A DNA stretch of 62,094 nt, counting the filler, from Fonticula-like sp. SCN 57-25 (Eukaryota), in the NCBI GenBank assembly GCA_001724245.1. It is 9 parts of 9 records of this genome, joined end to end, with 100 filler letters (N's around TTAATTAATTAA, not from the genome) between each part and the next. Parts side by side here need not be neighbours in the genome. Positions count along the whole stretch, not along the records: positions 1 to 6,427 come from MEDX01000449.1; positions 6,528 to 12,952 come from MEDX01000450.1; 7 more parts are not named here. One strand, 5' to 3'. Position numbers and translations under genes: made by a program. Shown one piece after another: positions 1 to 9,070 of this stretch (the first letter of the stretch is position 1; every line of letters begins with the position of its first letter). Below the pieces are notes generated by a model. The model saw nothing but the letters and a program-made list of their open reading frames with translations. It did not search any database and had not been told where the DNA came from.

Positions 1-152
1 GTACGTCTCCATTGCATCCATTTGGAAATTCAAGTTCCACACATACTCACGTGAAACACAATCATTCATGCACACATTTTTACATTTCCACACACTTCCA
101 CACATTTCCACATAATCATGGACTCCTTCTTGCACCTCTCGTACATACATAG

Positions 153-858
153 TGTCCTTTTCTTGGTGAGAAGTTTAGTATCACAATCACTAGCATGCAC
201 AAGGGGGATAACGGACAGACTGAAAATGTAATTCACTTTACACACGCGCGCTAAAAAAACAACAAACCAAATTTTGTAACATCGCGCATAGATTTTCAAT
301 ATGAATGCTGTAGCACTCAAAAAACGCAAAGTTTGTTTAATCGACATTGCCAACGACAAGTGGCACGACAAGTACAACAAGGCAGAGGACCCCAGGATCC
401 ACAGGATTGAAAAGGTGTCGCGAGGACCGCTCAATACCCCGGATTGGATGGTGCGTACAGTTGAATAGTGAGTTGATTTGTTTATGCGCTGGACACTCTA
501 GAAAACAGAAAAGACAATGATGTGCTGTTACAAGACAGTGGAAGCCAAGTGCAAGATCATTGGATTCCAGACTAAATTGGAGTCTAAAATCATGGAGATC
601 GAGGAAAACGTTTTTCGCCAGTTGCATCGCAAAATGTACTGCAATATGGACCAATGGATAACGCTCACAATTGCTGATGTGAGACGAATTGAAGACCAGC
701 TTCAAATGGAACTGAACAATGTTTGTTGCGATGACACGAAAACAATTACCACGCACTCACTATTCCTGTTGCAACGTTTCACCACTCACTATTCCTCTTG
801 CACTGGACTAGAAATTCCAAAAATCGGAAAATTCATCCAAGACACCAGTACCTGCTGA
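153..858 (+). CDS. Phosphatidylinositol transfer protein (PITP, START-like), 3' part, spliced
   Basis: Three spliced exons read CPFLGEKFSITITSMHKGDNGQTEN / ...IDIAND...KAEDPRIHRIEKVSRGPLNTPDW / MMCCYKTVEAKCKIIGFQTKLES...QLHRKMYCNMDQWITLTIADVRRIED. This matches PITP motifs (EDP..F.S.KTGRGPL; MCAYK...FHRQLFCWLDKW..LT..DIR). The 5' end is off-window. Confidence 0.88.
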
Positions 859-1067
859 AAATGTTCACAAATTTGTGAGCCCTGACGAAGACGATGCTGT
901 TGTACCGAATCCCGATCCAGCAGAGAAGGAACAGCAAGACGAAGAAGAGCAGCAACAATAAACTGAGCCTCAATTCTTCCTAACGAGAAAAAAAAAGGAA
1001 CAAAAGCAAACAATGCCAGTTCAGTACTAAAAAATCAGCGACTTCTCTTGTTTGCTGGTGATGCGAT

Positions 1068-2323
1068 CTACAAATTGCGCATATTCTCCTTCTTGAGCTT
1101 TCGCACGTAATACAAGCTACGCTTCTCCATGTACATCTTCTTGAATGCAGCAATCGAGTCATCATTAACAACTTCTTCCATCAAAAAGTTATCCTCCATT
1201 TGCTCTGTTTCTTCGTCAATCTCCTGCAATTTCTGGTTCAAAATGGGCAACAGCATTGCTCTGTTGGTCAAACGCTGTTGGATCTGTTGCTGTAGTTCAA
1301 ACTTTTGCTTACAGATATCCTGCGCTTCACGCAACTGTAGATCTTTAACTGCGAGTTCGTCAGCCTTCTCCTTCAGCAGCTTGTCCTTCTTGATATTGGC
1401 ATTTGCGTTTGCAATGAGTGCATCTCTGAGCTGCTTAATCATCTCATTTCCCCTCATTGCCTTAATTATCTCCAATTGCTCCACAAAGTCGTCCATGGGA
1501 TCCTCCTTGGCCAGCATCTGTTGCAGCTGCTCGTCACTCATACCGTCAAAGTCTGGAAACGAGGTGGGCACCTGTGTCCTGGAACCAAAGGTGTCCTCTT
1601 TCTTGTTGGCCGCAGCGGCCGAATAGTTGCGCGATGCCGGTGCCGGTGGTGGCGGGAGGGACGGAGAGTGCTGCTGCTGCGGGTTCACCACTGGAACAGT
1701 CAACTGAGGCGAAGAGGAATACATGTTCCGATCTGGAAGCCTTGCGGCGGGGGAGACGAACGGGGGCTGGTTCTGGAACATCTGGAAGACCTCTGCGATC
1801 ACATCGCCGAGATTTGCGTGCACGCCGGGCCATGCATTGGTGAGCCTCGGGTGCTGCACGTAACCGGCAAGCGTGATGTTCGGGTGCTCTGCTCTCGTTT
1901 GGATCTGAACGAGAGGAGCTTTCTGTGGGAATCCTGGCTGCAGTGTTCTACACACACGTTTACATTCATACGTGCACACATGCACATTTACAATTCATAC
2001 ATTTTCATACATTCATACATTTTCATACATGCACATCACACATTTACATTCACTCGCGTTAATCTTGCGTGTGTGTTTGCAGGAGAGACGTACACTCGAA
2101 ACGGAATCGCTTGGTTCTGCAACATGAGACTCACATCGATGGTGGAGTTGTCAATTGCACGCGCGTACGGGAAGCGCTTCAATAGCGCCTCTACCTGTAA
2201 TTGGCGTCTGCAAGTTGTGGCGTTGTTGTGGAGAATGTTGTTGTTGTTGTTGCGATGATAATTTGTGGTGAATAATGTGGTGGTGATGAATGTTGTTGTT
2301 GTTTCGTTGTTTCGCCGTTTCAT
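1068..2323 (-). CDS. VPS37: ESCRT-I subunit VPS37A-like (UEV-like N-terminus, Pro-rich linker, Mod(r) C-terminus)
   Basis: LQPGFPQKAP...HP UEV-like segment, coiled coil, and C-terminal EETEQMEDNFL...FKKMYMEKRSLYYVRKLKKE typical of Mod(r). GT-AG intron at 1948-2093. Start codon uncertain. Confidence 0.75.
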
Positions 2324-2784
2324 ATGAGAATGGCATTGTGTTTAGACAAGTCTTGTAGATTCTTGAATTAACAAACTGTTTGGCGGCTGCGTCCTGTGGC
2401 AGCTGGCTTGCGTAAAAGGACATAAAGTTGATGGTCAACTGAGATTGTTCGCTCCTTGAACACGCTTCCAACGACTGCACGATGAGCGCCAGTTGATCCA
2501 CCTACAGTTGTCGTACTATGTGTTTTTTTAAAAGGTGTGAGTGAATGAGTGATGGAAAGTAATACACCACAAACTTTTATTGTGGAAGCTTCACTCAATG
2601 TAAAAATATTGGTTTCACTACATGTGAATGTAACTTTCAAAGTAACACAATTTCACTGGTGTATGTGTATTGTGAAAAGAGTTACACAGAAAGGTTTCAC
2701 TTTGACTGTAATCCCATCCCTTTATTAAAGTACTGGTAGACTCAAAAACTTGAGCAAATGAGGCCATTCATGAAATGAGAACGG

Positions 2785-3822
2785 TTATTGCAACAAGCGC
2801 AAGTTTGCTGTGAGAGGGAAATGTGAAAACTCTCTCTTGTTGCTGAAGATTGTCTTGGATAAAACATCCAATCCGTTACTGGCAACCACATTGTCAATAT
2901 AGCTGTTCTTTTGGGTAGTTGGTCCGTCTTTGAGATGGAAAATTGGCCGCATACAGTTTGGGACAATTTCTGCAACTTGTTCTGGACGTATATTGCAGTC
3001 ACCATTGACAATCACGTGATCCACTCGCTCTTTAACTTCTTCCAAATACTTTGTGAAGTCTAAATGAGCTTGCTTCTTGTTTTTCTTCGGTAAGTGAACA
3101 TTTACAACAGCAATTAAAGTATTCTCTGTCTTCAGAGTGACTCCCATGTATCTTCCATTACGGGAGAAATCATGTCTCGAATTTTGAACCTCCATTTTCT
3201 GAGGATTCCAGAGACACACAATGTTATCTCCAGAGCAAAAGGAGTCACTAATGCCGCAATAGCCATTAGGTCTCCAATGTTTGAATGATGCTTCAGAAAA
3301 GGAGAAGATATCAGGCCGTTGGATGCCAAGAAATGAGTTAACATTGGCAAAAAGAGAGTTCTTGTCTTTCACAGGGGGGAGACGATTGGATCTGTCTTGG
3401 TTCATAGTTCCTGTGACAAGGGAATTGAGATCCTCAGGGTGGCATTTGGCAGTCTTTGCAAGTGACTCCTTGCGTTCATCAGGGTAACACTTTGTTGGTC
3501 TGGTGGAACATTTTTGTACACTTTTCTTTTCTGGTGATTCTTGTTGCTTTTTTGTTGGTGATGCTTGTTGCTTTGCTGGTGGTTCTTGTTGCTTTGGTTC
3601 TACATTTTTCTGTATGGATTGTTCCATTGTACGAAGGTACTGTTCAATAATGGAGACGGTTCTTTTTTGAGGTTTTGTTGTCGTCTTGTCATCGATGTAG
3701 TTTTTGACTGTCTGTCGTGCAATTGTTGAATTGGTTTTGGCTTCGATGTCTTTGTGCAACGATGTCAGGTTGCAGCGAAAGTAGGTTTGGTAAATGACAC
3801 GAAGAGCTGAAGAGGAGGCCAT
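2785..3822 (-). CDS. Exonuclease-endonuclease-phosphatase (EEP/DNase I-like) protein with a helical, HTH-like N-terminus
   Basis: Intronless 345-aa ORF with EEP motifs in order: TMN, PDIFSFSE, VVNVHL, VNGDCN, YIDNV, SHFPL. Confidence 0.8.
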   Translation of the reverse strand: MASSSALRVIYQTYFRCNLTSLHKDIEAKTNSTIARQTVKNYIDDKTTTKPQKRTVSIIEQYLRTMEQSIQKNVEPKQQEPPAKQQASPTKKQQESPEKKSVQKCSTRPTKCYPDERKESLAKTAKCHPEDLNSLVTGTMNQDRSNRLPPVKDKNSLFANVNSFLGIQRPDIFSFSEASFKHWRPNGYCGISDSFCSGDNIVCLWNPQKMEVQNSRHDFSRNGRYMGVTLKTENTLIAVVNVHLPKKNKKQAHLDFTKYLEEVKERVDHVIVNGDCNIRPEQVAEIVPNCMRPIFHLKDGPTTQKNSYIDNVVASNGLDVLSKTIFSNKREFSHFPLTANLRLLQ

Positions 3823-4040
3823 TTTGTTTTTGTTTTTCAGGTTCTGGCTGCCATTCCTTTTAAACCCCAGTATTCCAATTTTAAAATTTTGAGTTCACCT
3901 AGCGCGTAGTTGATGGAAGGCGAGAACTATTAATAATTTTCTGTTTTTAACGTTTATTGGCTGCTAATTATTTTGATCAACTTGTAGTCAAGCGTTTGTG
4001 TGCGCTACAAAGCTGATTTTATCGTTCCACACCAAGCAAA

Positions 4041-4418
4041 ATGTCTTCAGATCGTTATAACTCATTTCTACTTCCACCAGTGCATATCACAACAACACTT
4101 TCCAAAAAAATGAGACTAAATGAAGAGCACCAAGTATCTGTAACACAACCAACTCCTTCAAAACCCATCAATAATCCAACCAAAACAACAATTGATTTGG
4201 CTGACGTCGAATTAATAGAAGAAATGATGGAAAGACAAATCCAATTTTCCCAGCAACACCACTTGCAAGAGGACCAGGAAGACGAGCCAGAAATTAGTTT
4301 CGGTAACATCACCTCAACCAAGATTGATTTGGCTGACGTCGAATTAATAGAAGAAATGATGGAAAGACAAATCCAGTTTTCCCAGCAGTACAACTTGCAA
4401 AATAATGTAAAATGTTGA
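4041..4418 (+). CDS. Hypothetical 125-aa protein with an internal duplication
   Basis: ATG-initiated ORF divergent from the EEP gene; IDLADVELIEEMMERQIQFSQQ occurs twice. Confidence 0.45.
   Translation: MSSDRYNSFLLPPVHITTTLSKKMRLNEEHQVSVTQPTPSKPINNPTKTTIDLADVELIEEMMERQIQFSQQHHLQEDQEDEPEISFGNITSTKIDLADVELIEEMMERQIQFSQQYNLQNNVKC
4191..4400 (+). repeat. Near-perfect ~78-bp direct repeat (4191-4268 and 4323-4400, period 132)
   Basis: attgatttggctgacgtcgaattaatagaagaaatgatggaaagacaaatcca... is seen twice, in frame. Confidence 0.9.
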
Positions 4419-4889
4419 AGAACAACTCTCCCATTTGAAGAAACAATTTCAACCGCGTTGAATGAATAAACTGCCAAGATGGATAAAATAAAGCGTGTTT
4501 TTATTGTGTTTGTCCCCTTCTGATTTTCCTTCATCACAGAGAAGCGAATTGCTCTTCCTTCTTACAGAAGTCAACGGTAGTCTTCTGCATTTAACGGTAA
4601 GGTAGCGAATTCTGCAGCATTTCCGGAAAACCCGTAAAATTGACAATTTTCAATTGGTTTACATTGTACCACCGTGACATAATTCTCTTCCAAGAGTTCG
4701 AATCATACAAGAGAAAAGGCGAACAGAATATTCCTCCCAACTGTACTCACGACGATTACAATGGTCAACGCAATTCACCACCAGTTGACCATCTCACTAC
4801 TGCAACAAGGCGCACATTAGTGCACATCACCACTTCTCCAACAGGGCGTACATCACCACCACTCCAACAACAAGAGACCACCTCACACG

Positions 4890-5615
4890 ATGAGCACACC
4901 ACAAGCAGCAGCCTTGAAACGAACGTGCTTCCTCGTGTTCTGCGGACCACCTGGCGCCGGGAAGGGCACACAGACGCACCTCCTGCGGAAGAAGTACGGA
5001 TTGCCCAGCGTGTGCGCCGGTGACCTTTTGCGCGAGGAGAGCACGCGTAACGCACAGGTGCGCGCAACGCTGGCCGCCGGGGCGATGGTCCCAGAGCGCT
5101 TCACGGCAGATCTGATGCTCGCACAGGTGCGCACACTGAACTCACCGCGCGTCGTCCTGCTCGACGGCTTCCCGCGCAACACGGTGCAGTACCGGCTGTT
5201 TGCGCGGTGGTTCGACGAGGATGTGGATAACTGCTTTGACCGCCGCGCTACCAGCTTTATTGTGCTCGAGGCGAGCGACCAGTGCGTTCTGGAGCGACTG
5301 GCGCACAGAAGCATTCACTTTGCGAGCGGTCGCTCCTACCATCCGATCCATTGGCCTCCCAAGTGCGATATGAGGGATGATGAGACGGGAGAGCCGCTTG
5401 TGCGCAGAGAGGATGATGCGGATCCAAGTGCAGTCTCACTTCGTATTCAGAACTATAGGCACAATACGGTGGGCATCTATCCGCTCTTGGCCAAGGACAA
5501 TTTTCGCTTGGTTCACATTGCACAAGCAAACATCCAACAAGTCACACAGAATGTGGAACGAGTGCTCAATGGCATGCTACTGGAGGAAAATGAGATGCAA
5601 GATCAGAAGCAGTAA
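4890..5615 (+). CDS. adk: Adenylate kinase (long LID type)
   Basis: P-loop GPPGAGKGTQ, GDLLR, LLDGFPRN, LID RSIHFASGRSYH...DDETGEPLVRREDD; intronless. Confidence 0.93.
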   Translation: MSTPQAAALKRTCFLVFCGPPGAGKGTQTHLLRKKYGLPSVCAGDLLREESTRNAQVRATLAAGAMVPERFTADLMLAQVRTLNSPRVVLLDGFPRNTVQYRLFARWFDEDVDNCFDRRATSFIVLEASDQCVLERLAHRSIHFASGRSYHPIHWPPKCDMRDDETGEPLVRREDDADPSAVSLRIQNYRHNTVGIYPLLAKDNFRLVHIAQANIQQVTQNVERVLNGMLLEENEMQDQKQ

Positions 5616-5780
5616 TAATAATAATAATAAGATTACCACAGAAGAAATAATAATAACAAGATTACCACAGCTGGAACAGTAATAAGAAGATCACAGAAGA
5701 AACAGCAATAGTTTGATTACCAGCTGGAACAGTAATAATTTGATTACCACAGAAGAAACAGTACCGCAGAAACAGTAATA
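5614..5780 (+). repeat. Degenerate tandem repeats (GATTACCACAG / GAAACAGTAATA) downstream of adk
   Basis: Several copies of gattaccacag(aagaaa/ctggaa)cagtaata, with another copy near 6021-6050. Confidence 0.65.
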
Positions 5781-6083
5781 GGAGGTTCACTAATGTGAGC
5801 TGTTTTGAACACAGCAGAAACAATTTATTTCCCCATTCTTTGCAATTCTACAACAAAAATGAGATTTCTCATTACACCAAATGGATTTCACACAAGAAAC
5901 TCTTGAGTTGAGGCAGAAAAGTGATTAACTCTGAGGTATTGTGTTCGTTCGTACTTTAAATGCGAAGAGTAAATTGTTGAGTTCCACTGCAGTCGGGTTC
6001 ATTCTAGTTATCATAGTAAGTTTGATTACCACAGTAGAAACAGTAACAAGATCTTGTCTCTTCCACATGTGCACTGTTGTTGT

Positions 6084-6427
6084 TTATTTCTTTTGCGAAA
6101 CTGCTGCTGCTGTTGAAGGACTCTTTTCTTGTCCATTGGTGTCTGGCAATTTCGGAGATTGCGCTTTACCACTTCGACCAGAGATTGCGCTCGCTTGTTG
6201 CTGCTGCTTCTGTTTGCTCAAAAAATCTGCAATTTCAGGAGGAATATTTGCATTAGGTTTTGCATTCGGGTCCAGCCCGAGCAGGGACGACTTCCATAGC
6301 GATCTGAGTGCGTCTTGGTCCTGCTCTTCCAGCAGTTTCTCCTTGCTTGCTTGGACTGCCTTGGCAGTGAAATGCTCCAACCATTGCATGCTCTCCAAGG
6401 CACGAGGGTCCTGTGCTCCAAACTGCG
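6084..6427 (-). CDS. C-terminal fragment of an unidentified protein
   Basis: Open frame runs from the contig end to a stop at 6084; no motif recognised. Confidence 0.4.
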
Positions 6428-6527
6428 NNNNNNNNNNNNNNNNNNNNNNNNNNNNNNNNNNNNNNNNNNNNTTAATTAATTAANNNNNNNNNNNNNNNNN
6501 NNNNNNNNNNNNNNNNNNNNNNNNNNN
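6428..6527. other. Artificial contig linker (also at 12953-13052, 19920-20019, 27047-27146, 33525-33624, 40001-40100, 48783-48882, 55665-55764)
   Basis: Identical 44N-TTAATTAATTAA-44N spacer giving stops in all six frames; genes are truncated at these points. Confidence 0.98.
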
Positions 6528-6772
6528 TTCGAGTTTGGTCTACTTTCAAGTGGGGGTAAAAGGGACCAGGACCAACGACGCATCCTCCCCTAGCGTAAGT
6601 GTGACCTGGCAGCGCCAGCACAAGAGTGAACGCGGCCTGTGGCTGCTTCATATTGCGTTATTGCGTTGACGACAAGGTTTGGGTTTTTTCAGACTCTCGT
6701 CATTGTCATTTTCCTACAAACCTGTTTGTTCGTCGTTTCCCTCCATATTCCTTGGTGGTTTTGTGCCAAGTC

Positions 6773-8524
6773 ATGCCGCCGCTTTCGTCGCGCGATCGGG
6801 CCGAGACGCTGATCGGCGAGCACTGCGCGAATCTGGTAATTACCCGCGTGCTGGGGTCGGGCGGGTACGGCGCGGTGTACATTGCCGAGAATCGTGTAAG
6901 GACCAAGTATGCGGTCAAGTGCCTATTCAAGAAGGGACTTTTGCGCGAGGAGCTGAATGCGCAAAAGCAGGAAATCTTTATCAATCGTCGGTTAGGACAC
7001 GATATTAAGAATGTTGTTTTTATGGAGGACGTGGTGGAGACGGACGAACACCTCTACCTTGTTTTCGAGTACTGCAGCCGCGGCGACCTGTTTGAGCTGA
7101 TTCGGCGGGATGGCGGCAATGGTCTCGTGGACAAGATGCTGGCACGCAATCTGGCGCTTCAGCTTATTGCCGGCGTTCAGCGCTGCCACCTTTTGGGCAT
7201 TTATCACCGCGACATCAAGCCGGAGAACATTTTGATTTCCGACGATTGGACGCTCAAGCTCGGCGACTTTGGCCTCGCCACGACGACCCTCACGCCACGT
7301 GATCATGAGTGCGGGTCGCCGCCGTACATGGCGCCGGAGCTTTTCTCGCGCCCCACGGCCACCTACAACGCCGCCAAGGCCGATATTTGGTCGATGGGTA
7401 TTGTGATCATAAACCTGCTCCTCGGCATCAACCCTTGGGATCGCGCCGAGTTGAGCGATCCCGACTACTGCGCCTACGCCGAATCGACGGATCCGGCGGA
7501 GCATCTGCGCGGGCGCTTCAACATCACTGCGGAATGTGCGGCTATGCTTGCCCAGGTTCTCAACCCGGACCCTGTGGCGCGCGTGTCCAACCGCCAGCTG
7601 TACCATCTGATGCTTGGCATGACCGTCTACACGCTGGACCCGACGCTGACGCGGCCACGATCTGTGTCGCGCGCGGCCGTCTCGACGTCGATCACGAGCG
7701 GCTTCCACTCGTCGGCCTCGCTCTCGCCTGCCTTCCACATGGCGATTGAGAACCCGCTGTCGCGCAGCATGCCGGACAAGAAGACGCCGCCGCTGTACGC
7801 CTCGTCGTGGGCCGACGACTTTGACGACGACGAGGACGACTACCTCGACGCGCCGTCGTCCTTTGCGCCGTCGTCCATGCCCGCCGCTGCGGTCGGCACG
7901 CCGTCCCGCCTGCGCGACCGCTTCAGCGAGTCGGAGGACATCCCGGAGAGCGACGAGGGCGACGAAGACGAAGACGACGATGACGGCGTCGACGCCATCT
8001 TTGAGATGGAAGAGGACGAGCAGGAAGTAGCGCTTGTGGACGCGCTAGAGGAGGAGGAGGCTCCGCTCGAGTCGCCGCTTTCATCTCGCCGCCTGAGCGC
8101 CTCTGCGTCCAGCCGGGGCTCTTCCGTCCCGCGGTTTTCCTCGCCATCGCCATCGCCCGTCGCCTCCTCGCCGTCGCTGTCGGCCGTGCACTCGATGTCG
8201 TTTGGCAGCGACGACTCGGGGTCGCTCATCTTTGCCAAGGAGCCAATCTCGATCCGCTCGCCCGGCGCGCGCACCGCCGCCGCCCCGACGAGCGACCTCG
8301 CCGCGCTGCTGCAGGCGCGCAGCGTGCATGTCAGCGTGGTCGAGGCGACCGCCGAGCAGGGCAGCGTGGCGCCGCAGCGGCCGCGCGGGGCGTCCCTGAG
8401 GAAGCTCGGGAATGAGGTCGACTGCATGCCCGAGCGCTTTGACCCGACGCAGTTGCCGTCCGTGGCGAACGAGGCGACGCTCAAGGAGCTCGCCGCGCAG
8501 CTGGACTCGCACCTGGCCGTATAA
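6773..8524 (+). CDS. Ser/Thr protein kinase, Ran1/Pat1 (Sks1/Vhs1)-like, with acidic Ser-rich tail
   Basis: LGSGGYGAVY, YAVKCLFK, IYHRDIKPEN, LGDFGLAT, CGSPPYMAPE, DIWSMG, NPW; SWADD motif in the tail; intronless. Confidence 0.85.
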   Translation: MPPLSSRDRAETLIGEHCANLVITRVLGSGGYGAVYIAENRVRTKYAVKCLFKKGLLREELNAQKQEIFINRRLGHDIKNVVFMEDVVETDEHLYLVFEYCSRGDLFELIRRDGGNGLVDKMLARNLALQLIAGVQRCHLLGIYHRDIKPENILISDDWTLKLGDFGLATTTLTPRDHECGSPPYMAPELFSRPTATYNAAKADIWSMGIVIINLLLGINPWDRAELSDPDYCAYAESTDPAEHLRGRFNITAECAAMLAQVLNPDPVARVSNRQLYHLMLGMTVYTLDPTLTRPRSVSRAAVSTSITSGFHSSASLSPAFHMAIENPLSRSMPDKKTPPLYASSWADDFDDDEDDYLDAPSSFAPSSMPAAAVGTPSRLRDRFSESEDIPESDEGDEDEDDDDGVDAIFEMEEDEQEVALVDALEEEEAPLESPLSSRRLSASASSRGSSVPRFSSPSPSPVASSPSLSAVHSMSFGSDDSGSLIFAKEPISIRSPGARTAAAPTSDLAALLQARSVHVSVVEATAEQGSVAPQRPRGASLRKLGNEVDCMPERFDPTQLPSVANEATLKELAAQLDSHLAV

Positions 8525-8851
8525 GCGAAAGAAGACGCGCTTTGTTGTTGTTTATGCACTCGTTACTTAGCTTTGTGTTTCATTACCCGGCGTCCTATCT
8601 GCCGCGTGCTCATGTTTGACTTTTGCATGGCTCCTTTGTTCACCCGCTTCCAGAGAGCCTTCTGCGAGCAGCCTCACAGTCCCCCTACGGTGACTGGCGA
8701 GACCTGTGTGTGTTTTTTATTGGGCGCTCGTTGCCGATCTATTGTACCATTTTCGATCCCCCTTGCGTTACCTAGAGTGATCATTTGCGCGCGTACCCTA
8801 CGCAGTATTCAAATATATACCATCATCATACCATGAATCATACCATACGCA

Positions 8852-8928
8852 AAGCCTATTATTAAATTATAACAATCGTAACAGTAAGGCAAGCCTATTA
8901 TTAAATTATAACAATCGTAACAGTAAGG
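8852..8928 (+). repeat. 39-bp tandem duplication in a convergent intergenic region
   Basis: aagcctattattaaattataacaatcgtaacagtaagg occurs twice with period 39. Confidence 0.92.
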
Positions 8929-9070
8929 AATCGCGTCGTATCCCTGCCTCATGCAATACTACCAAATGATACTTCGTCGAGAATCAGGAGCTATCTGCGA
9001 ACATGATAAGATCGAATCATAAAATCATAACGAAATTGTAAACGAAATAATAAACCAAGTCGGTGGTCGA

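Noticed and set aside
2785-3822. Non-LTR retrotransposon ORF2
   Set aside because: The EEP domain is C-terminal and ends at a stop; no reverse transcriptase or poly(A) tail is nearby.
5614-5780. CRISPR-like or telomeric repeats after adk
   Set aside because: Irregular period and low complexity, consistent with slippage in a 3' region.
6428-6527. Recurring TTAATTAATTAA palindrome as a biological repeat
   Set aside because: It is always embedded in 44-N pads at gene-truncating points, so it is an artificial linker.
8852-8928. 39-bp duplication as a target-site duplication
   Set aside because: The copies are adjacent with no element between them; a simple tandem duplication or assembly stutter.
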